Below, piece by piece: positions 33,446-43,667 of a DNA stretch of 64,000 bases. The stretch spans positions 310,001 to 374,000 of the forward strand of contig NIVC01000570.1 in NCBI GenBank assembly GCA_002269645.1, read 5' to 3'. A program made the position numbers and the translations under genes. The notes below the pieces were generated by a model. It saw nothing but the letters and a program-made list of their open reading frames with translations, did no database searches and was not told the DNA's origin. Each line of letters begins with the position of its first letter. The stretch's first letter is position 1. The stretch comes from Macrostomum lignano (lineage: Eukaryota).

Positions 33446-35825
33446 ATGACTGTTGACCATGCTGACGGCGTCGACAATGTATTGTCTGACAGTGACACTG
33501 TCATATTAGACAACAGTGATGAAGCATACGACGGTATCGACGAGTCTGTAGATGGCAACACAACGTATTATACGTGTAGTCCAATGCACTCGAATGGCGA
33601 CTGTTGTTCAGTGACCAACGAGGAAATTGACGCAGCCGCCGACGCAGATGATCCGATGCTCGACAATCTCGACGGGGACGCCGACGAACAGATGATGGTG
33701 GTGGTGGGGCACCCCACTACCGGCGCGCCTGGCGCGCCTCCCAACGCTGCCACCTTCTCGCGGTGGGACCGACTGGGCGCCCGCCCAGCAAAGTGCAGCA
33801 ACACCCCGGACCCTGGGAAGAGTGCAGAGCGCGCTTTCGGCGCGTCATTACCACGTCGGCATTCTTTTGCCAAGCTGGCCCTGGCTCCCCAGCCCACCTC
33901 GGCCAGCTTCTCATCCGGGCTGGAGACATCGAACAAAACCCGGGACCAGCCTTCCCGTGCGGAGCCTGCAATCAGAATGTCACCCGCAAAGACTACTCCA
34001 CCCGCTGCTCCTCTTGCCTTCGCTGGTGGCACCGCCGTTGCAGCAACCTTAGCATAGCCGAAATCAACATCGGTCGTGACCGGAGACTTTGGCGGTGCGC
34101 AAACTGCCGTCAGCCGACGGCACAGACGGACAGCCGAACGCCGCCGCCTGACCCGCCTAGCCTGCCAAACCCGCCTCCCCCGGTCCACCGTCGGACTGAA
34201 AACATGGCCACGTATCCGACCGACGGGACTCCGCACGCTAAAAACGCTAAAAACAAAGACAATGCAAATTTTCGCATCATACAACTCAATACAGCCGGCC
34301 TCAGAGCTCGACGCCTCGAACTCCTCCGATTCCTCGAAGAACACCAAGCGGACATTGCCTGCATCCAGGAATCGAATCTGTCGCCCACGTCTCAGGTCCC
34401 GCGCCTCCCCGGTTGGCAACTGGCAGGCCGTAGGGACCACGCTATAAACCGCGACGGTGACGCCACTGCCACTCCCCACGGAGGGGTCTGTTTTCTTGTC
34501 AAGGAAGGCGTGGACTTCGCTGAGTACCGTCTGCCGCAGATAGACGTGACCCGCACTGCATCTGAAGGCTCGGCCATCTCGCTCCACGATAAACGGTTAC
34601 CACGCCCAATTCACATCATCAACCTCTACCTCCCGCCGGTTCGAACCGCCGACGGGCGCCCTGACGGCTTCGACCCGGACTGGCTCCCGACCGGTCCGGA
34701 CGTGCTCATCCTCGGAGACATCAACGCGCACCACGGCATGTGGGAGGATAACTGCGACTCTGAAGACCAGCGAGACTCCGTTTTCGAAGACTGGGCTACC
34801 ACCAACGACTACGTGGCCCTCAACGACGGCGGCCCAACCAGAGTCAACGCCAGAGGCATCACCAGCAGCCCCGACGTCTCCTTCGTCCCTGCCAGCTGGC
34901 AGGACAAGCTGGAATGGAACACCGGCAAACATATCGGATCTGATCACCTGCCCATTATCATTGACGTTATTAACCCAAACCCGTATTTTGGGACGCCTAC
35001 CGCCAGGCCACCACGTGACCCTGCAATGGGTCCCGGGCCACTGCGACCTTCGTCGCAACGATCTCGCCGACGCCACTGCCCGCGCTGCTGCCACTCTTGA
35101 TCAGACCAACGCACCTCTGGATCACCGCAGCGCGCGCTCTGCCATCCTGGAAACGGCCCAAAACGACTTCATCCAATTGTACAAGGCAAACGAGCACTGC
35201 AGCACCCACCGCACCTGCACCAACGGACGACGACCCAAACAGAAAACTTCCATGAACCGTAAGGACAGAGTCCTGCTAGCCCAGCTACGCACTGGCCACT
35301 GCCCGATACTCCGACAGTACCGGCACCGCATCAGGCTGGAACTGGAGGCCACCTGCCCAGCCTGCGGGGAGGCCCCGGAGGACCTCAAACATCTGCTTCT
35401 GGAATGCCGCACCACAACCGAGACCAGACGACAAATCTTGGGCGAGAACCCGACGCTGGCCATCCTCCACGACGACGGCCCGCGCGCACTGCACTTTCTC
35501 CAGGCGGTAGGGGCGCAAACCCGCCCCCCGGATATTAACCCGGCCGGGAACTAACAACAACAACAACAACGAACAGATGATCGACGAACTAGAAGAGATT
35601 GAATTTTTATATAACCAGTTTATCGCGGAACAGCACTCGTCCGGCGACAACACTGGCTTAATCAATCCAATTAGTCGATGTAGCCCGGCTGAGTCTCTGC
35701 GTGATTCAGACGACAATATTCTAGAGGAGTCGAGTTTCTGGAGCGGCGCTCGTTCTGTCGCGTGTCAAACTGACAACATCAGACCGGGCTCTACATCAGG
35801 TCGCATCCGTAGTTGGTCTGTATAA
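33446..35825 (+). pseudogene. ORF4 of the unclassified element (acidic), split by the LINE
   Basis: Excising 33697-35581 restores the frame: ...DGDADEQM-IDELEEIEF...; C-terminal motif shared with ORF3. Confidence 0.6.
33697..35568 (+). mobile_element. Internally deleted Ingi/I-group non-LTR retrotransposon (2A-like peptide, PHD-like finger, APE, RNase H end, C-terminal Cys/His finger; RT missing)
   Basis: 13-bp TSD ACGAACAGATGAT (33684-33696, 35569-35581); (CAA)n tail; DIEQNPGP; CGAC...CSSC...H..C...CANC; QLNTAGL, CIQES, GDINAH, SDHLPI; WVPGH...NDLAD; CPACG...HLLLEC. Confidence 0.88.
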
Positions 35826-35894
35826 TATTAATTATATAACAACATTGTTAAAATGACATATTAAATCTATATAACTACAACATAGTGAGATAAA

Positions 35895-36684
35895 AGGTCA
35901 TATCACCAATTAACAAGGTCACACCATCAGTCAACAATGTCACATCACCAGTCAACGAGGTCACATCACCAGTCGTCGTGGTCACATCACCAGTCTATAC
36001 AGTCACATCAACAGTCAGCATGGTCACATCACCAGTCAGCATGGTCACATCACCAGTCATCATGGTCACATCACCAGTCCACAGGGTCACATCACCAGTC
36101 AGCATGGTCACATCACCAGTCATCATGGCCACATCACCAGTCCATATGGTCACATCAACAGTCAACATTGTCACATCACCAATCAACATAGTCACATCAC
36201 CAGTCCATAAGGTCACAACACTAGCCAACATGGTCACATCACCAGGCAACATGGTCACATCACCAGCCCATAAGGTCACATCACCAGTCAACCTGGTCAC
36301 ATCACCAGCCCATAAGGTCACATCACCAATCAACAAGGTCACATCACCAGTCAACACGGTCACATCGCCAGTCAACACGGTCACATAACCAGTCACCATG
36401 GTCACATCACCAGTCAACATGGTCACAACACCAGTCAACCAGGTCACATCACTAGTCAACATGGTCACAACACCAGTCAACTAGGTCACAGCACCAGTCA
36501 ACCAGGTCACATCACCAGTCGCGTTGGTCATATCACCACTCAATCGGAGTCACAACACCAGTCAACCAGGTCACATCACTAGTCAACATGGTCACAACAC
36601 CAGTCAACCAGGTCACAACACCAGTCAACCAGGTCACATCACCAGTCGCGTTGGACACATCACCAGTCACCCAGGTCACATCAC
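35895..36684. repeat. 21-bp minisatellite, copy 2, inverted relative to 11231-12045
   Basis: Unit catggtcacatcaccagtcaa; same order of variant units as copy 1. Confidence 0.93.
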
Positions 36685-36879
36685 CGCATTTTACCTTTAA
36701 TCAGTTTCATCGTAAAGCCGAATGACACTATCTATCGACAGCGGGAGATTAAATGTATGAAATCGGTTAAGATCGAAAGAAAAGATCGTTTTTTTCTGTC
36801 CGCTGCGAGTCGTAGTTATTTTTCTCTTGTCATCTTCCATACCAGGATAATCTACACGATTTTGGTTTAAAGAAACGAT

Positions 36880-38400
36880 AGCTCTTTCGATCATGGTTTT
36901 GCTTAAACGCCATACGTTTGCTGCCTGTCTCCTCGTCTCGAAGCTTGATACGAGCGTACCTATTCTCGATTACTTTCGAGATGCATCATATGATCGATGT
37001 AGGACTCCTTTCTCATATAGCTCGTATATCGAGTGCCTGTGAACTCAATTTTTAAAGTTCAGTGGTACATTGAAGTCTATGGATGCTCGTTTCTACACGA
37101 CAGAATCATTATGCATTTACTTTTCGGCCATGGGCCTTTTTTGCTTGCGTAGCAAAATATTTCATCGGTTTATTGCTCGGTAGCATATGAACAATTAAGC
37201 TGCAACCCTTATCTTCCGGGCTTCTTTAAAAAAGAAATTCCTCCGGTACCTCTGATTTCTGCTGGCAAATCAAGAGCAATACACCTAACAATTGTTTTGA
37301 CATCAGTGAAGTTTATTTAGTAGTCACTTGCCAACTTAGCCAGGTAGCTCAGATGAAAGTGAGATCGATTTATACCCTTTTGGCCGCGCCGAAAAGGTCT
37401 ATGGTGCAATGTAAAAGACGTTTATTTGTCCCGGCCAAACAAACGATCCAAATAAATAAGACAAACGAATGCGCCACAAGAAAGTACTCAAGAAATACAT
37501 GCAAAAGCAACACATACCATGCTTTGATGCTCTGACACAGAGGAGTCTGACATACTCTGACAACAATCAAAGCATGAAATCAAAGCATGAAATGAAGATT
37601 TCAGGAAATTGGGCTACGTTTCCACTGACGAACTTCACTCGCTTTCTTACTTAGATTTACCATAGACACCTTCTTTTCTTACCATGGACAAAGCAAACAC
37701 TTTTTCTGATCAGGCTGTATTTGCACTGACGAATTTCACTTACTTAGACGAATTCGAAGTCACTTCTCTAAAAATTTACCATAGACACTCATTCTCTTCC
37801 CCTTGAGCGCCATATAGCTTTGCATACGCTGACCAATTTGAACTCACTTTTGACGAATCCGAAGTTGAAAAGTTATATTATAATGTTTTAGAAAGGTAAG
37901 CAGTTGATAACCAGTTTTTTGGCTTGACAGTTAAAAGTTGGTCAATGGGTTGTAACAGATCAACTCAATCAAAGTAGATAATCACCCCGCACAACTCCAC
38001 ATCGACCACCCCCCCCAAATCACAGAACTCACCAGTTGTCGTGGACATCACTACCAAACACACCTTCAGACCAGAGTTTCTCTTCGGACGTCGGCTGTCA
38101 TTGAATTTACCATCCTTCCAGAGGCTCCATGGCTTTCCGCATTAATTGAACAAGTAGCATTGCAGCATGCTGAAAAGAATCCTTAAACGTAGAAGCGCCA
38201 TAGCGATCACCAGGTTAATTTCGGATCTCTAAGATAAAACACTTAAGAACGTAGTTGAGATCGCGCTTGCTCAAACTCGGATAGTCGGTTGCGGGTGCCA
38301 ATGGCAAGTCATTTAAGACAGCTTCGACTTCAGCAAGCCTAAGTGATTCAAGCTGACGCTATCAACATCACTCATGCAGCAAATAACTCGAAAATGTCAC
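36880..38400 (-). pseudogene. Probable degenerate Crypton-type (DUF3504/tyrosine recombinase) remnant
   Basis: Manual minus-strand translation of ~38050-38340 gives LNYVLKCFILEIRN*PGDRYGASTF...EEKLWSEGVFG; an HSI...LYEKGV-like stretch lies near 37000; many stops. Confidence 0.45.
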
Positions 38401-39323
38401 AGAAAAGGTTTAGTAGAGATACAGACAACTACTTACTCTTAAAAAACCCAACACAGTCGTTTTGTAAAAGGCATCAAATCAACATTTCTCTATGGCTAAA
38501 ATGTACAATGTTAATATGGCCAAACGGAATACTCGTATAAATACATTGCCTCCGTATATTACAAGTAATAAATGGAAATAACTTTCATTTAGTTTGCAAT
38601 ACGGTTCGGTACTTCGTACATCAGGAAAATCCAGATTAAGTCAATCTCGCAGCATCTAAACGACTTTACTCCTTACAGCGCCTTCCCGGCTGTTTAGCAC
38701 ATTTTTTTCTACGAGCTATCTCATTTAAAAATTCCTTCAATGAGAATCCGGTGGCGTCGCAATGATTGAAAAGAAGTCAATAGATTTAAAAGAGATATCG
38801 ACATTTGAGAAAACCCGGCGGTTGCAACTCGGCAGTTGTCGCTCTGAGCGTTGGTAGATGGAACGAGGCGATGTAAGAATATAAGCTGCAAATGGCGCGC
38901 TTCCACGCATTTCTCGCCCCGTGTCTGGTTCTTCCGCATTTTCCGCCGGGTCGAGTGAGGAATCAAATCTAAGAAATTGTAAATAGCATCTGACAAGTTG
39001 AGATCTACAATTGAAAACTGCACAAATCGACAACAAGTGGCCGAGTCAACGATCTGTAGAAATCCCGATTTCGCGAATTTCTTCTCTACAGTTGATAGAT
39101 AGTGTCAGTTGCATTACTATGCTAATGATGTCGAGTAAATACAGTGCAGTGTAGAGCAAGGTGTAGAATGCATTCGCACTGAGAAAAAGCTAGATCAGTA
39201 CTCGTTTGATTGCTCAGGTGTCAACGTGCAAATATACGCTACATGATATTCGCTTAAAGAAACCCTTGTCTCTGCTCTCGAGAAAGCCTTCACCTCAAGC
39301 ATCGTCGCTAGACGGACCGGAAA

Positions 39324-39348
39324 CACGTGCCGATCCGATGCGTATAAA
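39324..39348 (+). promoter_or_regulatory. E-box (CACGTG) plus TATA box of peptide gene copy 2
   Basis: aaaCACGTGccgatccgatgcgTATAAAtt; the E-box block recurs upstream of copies 1-6 and 8 with TATA-like variants. Confidence 0.6.
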
Positions 39349-39435
39349 TTCGAGGCTGCCGACTGCTCAAAGCAACAAGCTCAGACTCGACTCAATCTAC
39401 ACACAACTCGAAGAATCGACTCGACTCAAGCAATC

Positions 39436-39618
39436 ATGAAGTGGCAACTGGTTCTCGGACTTCTGGTGCTCGCAGCCCTGGTCGTTGTCGAACCCTCAGA
39501 GGCCAAGGCCGAAAGCGAGTCGAAGGAGGATCCGTCCGACTCGGACGATTCCAAGCTGTCGGAGGAGCAGTTCCCGAAGCTAAGGAAGAAGGGCTTCCAC
39601 GTTCATTTTCATGGTTAG
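39436..39618 (+). CDS. His-rich peptide precursor, copy 2
   Basis: 60 aa, ends RKKGFHVHFHG. Confidence 0.85.
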   Translation: MKWQLVLGLLVLAALVVVEPSEAKAESESKEDPSDSDDSKLSEEQFPKLRKKGFHVHFHG

Positions 39619-41278
39619 ATGAGCCACATCGCTCATCGAAGTCGCTTCATCGATCGGAAGATCCAGACAACTCACAGCTGACCGGACTTTAAACTTTGAT
39701 TTGAAACCGCCCAATTCCGAATAGTAAACGTAAAATCTACACAGCCCTTGTGCCCTGATCGGCTTTGACAAATATAACAACCAGTACCATCTAACTAGGC
39801 AACCCCATGCAACTATAATATTTGTGTTGTTGAGCTTTTTAAATTTGCAAGTTGTGATGTTGAAGACTGGTAGATAAATGTGCGACGTACAGATAATAAT
39901 TTGTCGCTTTCATGACGCATCGTGCGTCAAAGTTGCAGACTGAACTCTAAATTCTGACTTGAATATGATGATGTAATAATGATGCGATGAAGATAATCTT
40001 AAATTCAACGTAAATGTGTTAACTTAGAGAGATACTTGTTCAGCAGTTTTTGGGTATACCTTCATTTTCCGGGTTTTTGAGTTTTACCGGGTACGATAAG
40101 TCAATGACTTGTGCATAATATCTCTGAGATTGTGAGTGCACTATTTAATTGGAAGGTGTGTTGTGTCCTTGGGCGGTCCGGCTGATGCTCCTAGATGAGA
40201 AGCTGAGCTTTCCGTGCTTTTTGAAAGATGACCGCTTTTAGCGGCTTTACTGAGTTTGCGCTAGGTGAACCGAGATGAGTAGGTAGCTGGTAAATGGAAA
40301 TCATTGAAGGCATCGTGCCGTAGACTTTGAATTTTCACAACTAGCTAAATGGAAGGCATGAGACCAAAACTTTGGTACCCTTCCATTGGGACCCACTTGG
40401 GATTCGGGAACCCCATGCCGATGAGAGTGCTCAGCGATAGCGAGAGCACTGCCGCTGGGTCAGATATTGACCATCAGGTCCTACTGTGACTGAATTCTGA
40501 ATTCTAGCTCGTAACCTCTCTTCTAGCAAACCGGTGTATCACCGCAAAGGGGATAGAAGGCGGAAACGGGCGATACAATTGACCTCGGCCTGTCCAGCGC
40601 TTGGTAGAGTCGAGTCACAGGCCAAAGGAAAGGCAAAGGCCGATACCAAAGTCGATGCAGTGCTTGGCCTTCTGCAAGCGGCAGTTCAGGGACCGTAGCG
40701 ACGTCTGTGCCCTAGACTTTTAATTCCACAAAGGTCGAAATGAAAGATATGAGCCCAAAAATTTGGTACCCTGCTATTGGGATCTACTTGGAAGTTAGGG
40801 TAGAGTATGTTAGACGAAGAGAGTCGGCTAACTGAAAAGTACGAGGCTGAATTGCAAAACATATTTGGAAGATGGAAATCCGAACGCCCATTATATTTTG
40901 AGCGTATTTCAAGTAGTTTCAAATTGGCACAAATGAATAATATCCATATTTGAATGAATTTCTTCATTCAATGTATTTCTTTCTTCATGCATCAAAACTT
41001 CTCTGATTACTTTAGTGCAAATTATCTGCATGATGACTGGCAACTGGAAAAAGATTAACAAAGCTCAACAACACAAATATTATTGTTGCATCAAGTGTCT
41101 AATTAGCTTCTGCTTGTTGTTATATTTGGTAAAACTGTTCAGCGAATAAGGGCTTGTGTTAATTTCAGTTTACTATTCGGAATTGATCGGTTTCAAATCA
41201 ATGTTTAAAGCCCGGTCAGCTGTGAGTTGTCTGGATCTTCCGATCGATGAAGCGACTTCGATGTGCGATGTGGCTCAT

Positions 41279-41461
41279 CTAACCATGAAAATGAACGTGG
41301 AAGCCCTTCTTCCTCAGCTTCGGGAACTGCTCCTCCGACAGCTTGGAATCGTCCGAGTCGGACGGATCCTCCTTCGACTCGCTTTCGGCCTTGGCCTCCG
41401 AGGGCTCGACAACGACCAGGGCTGCGAGCACCAGAAGTCCGAGAACCAGTTGCCACTTCAT
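41279..41461 (-). CDS. His-rich peptide precursor, copy 3
   Basis: ATG at 41461; 60 aa, same protein as copy 2. Confidence 0.85.
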   Translation of the reverse strand: MKWQLVLGLLVLAALVVVEPSEAKAESESKEDPSDSDDSKLSEEQFPKLRKKGFHVHFHG

Positions 41462-43484
41462 GATTGCTTGAGTCGAGTCGATTCTTCGAGCTGTGCGTAG
41501 ACTGAGTCGAGTCTGAGCTTGTTGTGTTGAGCAGTCGCAGCTTCGAATATATGCGCATCGGATCGGCACGTGTTTCCGTTCCATCGAGCGGCGTTGTTTG
41601 AATTGCAGGCTTTTGCGTAAGCAGAGACAGGCGTTGCTTTAAGCGAATATCATGTAGCGTTTGTTTGGTTGTTGACGCCTGAGCAATGAAACAAGTACCG
41701 CTCAAGCATTTTCTTGGAGCAGGACACTGCAGGTATTCTAAGTACTGCACCGCACCACACTGCACTGCTTTGCATCGCACTCTCTTTGACTCGTAATGCG
41801 AACTGAGTCGCATAGTAAAGCAATATTACACTATATTTCGACTTTGTAGAACAAATGAAGAAAAACTGTCGCATTTCATCTTGGAGAATAATCTCGGTAG
41901 AGACAGTGCATGTAAAAAAGAAGAAAGAGAACAATGGCTCGTATTCGCAAGGTTAAGGAGTACAAGCATTGTATTTTGACGGGGTTGTTTACTTTAATGT
42001 TCTACAGCCCCATAATCTCACCAAACGTTTTTTTACTATCCTAAAGAGCTGATACACCGTCGAGGCTGTCGATAACCGCTTACTGCGTACTGTTCTCTTG
42101 AAAAGCTTGAACAAGACCAGATTGGAAAACACTTGACAATTTCATTTCTGGCATTTCTGACGCAGATGTTCAGCTGTCCTGCGAAGTTTACCCAATCTTT
42201 GTTGTCAGTCTAATCGTTCAATTTTCTCCGATTCTACTGGGAGACAGACTTTTATTACGATGCTCATCAATGCGTTCATGAAATTTTCAATTTGTGGTGT
42301 CAAATGAATTTCAAATTCGATACAAAGAAGGTGTAGCTACTCGTAAATTTATGGCATTATCATTTTGAATTCATGCTTGCACACCTACGAGATTTTGAGA
42401 TTCACCAAATGATCGGTGTATGGACCCCCTTTTCATACATTTACCCGTTACGCTTCATTAACTTGTGAAATAAGACCATTTGCAATCACTGTGCGGATCG
42501 GGACGGTGATTCGAGCTGTGATGGGCGGAAACATAAATTTTAGGCAGAGAGATTCTTGGTTTTATTCATCGACATGAGGCAAAGCATACACTTGCGACCA
42601 CATACTATTTTTTCTTGAATGGATTAAAATGTTTTCCTTGACTTAAAGCTCGTTTGACTTAAATATTAGTACTTAAGTAACAGTTTTTTTAATTAGCTAC
42701 CTTTGGTGAGTATGGATATTACCAATTATACAAGCGTATCACCTTATGATAAAAATAGGAGTTTTAGCCCATTTAACTACAAAGCTGTCAAATAAATCAA
42801 TTTACATACACTACATCATCAGCCAAATCCAGATTAGGTCCGTTTCGCAGCACTTCAACGGGTTTACTCAGTGCAGTGAGTTCAATAGTTTAATTCTACC
42901 TCAATGAATGGATTCTCTAATGAGAGCTCGGGGGCGTCATAATGGTTTAGAAACATTCAGTCAGGTTCAAAACGGCTGCAAAAACAAATATTAAAAGTCG
43001 GCAGTTGTCGCAAGACGGTAGACGGTAGAATATAAACAGGCAAATGGCGCCCATTTTCTGCTGCGCTCGACCACACGAAATCGCTCCTAAAAATCCGCTT
43101 TCCCAAGCAGATCTAAAGAGTTCTAAACACGAGCTCAGCAGCTGACAGGTTGCAAACCGCCATTGGAAAATTCAGAAATCGAAACGCAGTGGCCATAAGT
43201 AAAATGAGTGAGATGCATTGCCATTTGCACTGATAAAACTTGAGCGGCACTTTTTTTATTGCTCAGGCGTCAACAAGCAAATATACGCTACATGATATTC
43301 ACTTAAAGCAACGCCTGTCTCTGCTCACGTGAAAGCCTGCAGCTCAAACAACGCCGCTCGACGGACCGAAAACACGTGCCGATCCGATGTTTATAAATTC
43401 TTAGTTCCCGACTGCTCAAAGCAACAAGCTCAGACTCGACTCAATCTACACACAACTCGAAGAATCGACTCGACTCAAGCAATC

Positions 43485-43667
43485 ATGAAGTGGCAACTGG
43501 TTCTCGGACTTCTGGTGTTTGCAGCTCTGGCCGTCGCTCAGCCCTCGGAGGCCAAGGCCGAAAGCGAGTCGAAGGAGGATCCGTCCGACTCGGACGATTC
43601 CAAGCTGTCGGAGGAGCAGTTCCCGAAGCTAAGGAAGAAGGGCTTCCACGTTCATTTTCATGGTTAG
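43485..43667 (+). CDS. His-rich peptide precursor, copy 4
   Basis: ATG at 43485; signal variant FAALAVAQP; ends RKKGFHVHFHG. Confidence 0.85.
   Translation: MKWQLVLGLLVFAALAVAQPSEAKAESESKEDPSDSDDSKLSEEQFPKLRKKGFHVHFHG

Noticed and set aside
33568-35463. Long minus-strand ORFs (33568..34587, 34597..35094, 35122..35463)
   Set aside because: Antisense shadows of the GC-rich LINE coding region
39436-39618. Assignment to a known neuropeptide family (RFamide, tachykinin, Wamide)
   Set aside because: The C-terminus matches none of these consensus motifs, and each precursor holds a single peptide copy
41462-41584. N-terminally extended peptide ORFs from the ORF track (also 43329.. and 51168..)
   Set aside because: They depend on upstream or non-ATG starts that precede the TATA box or are not conserved; the caatcATG start is shared by all intact copies
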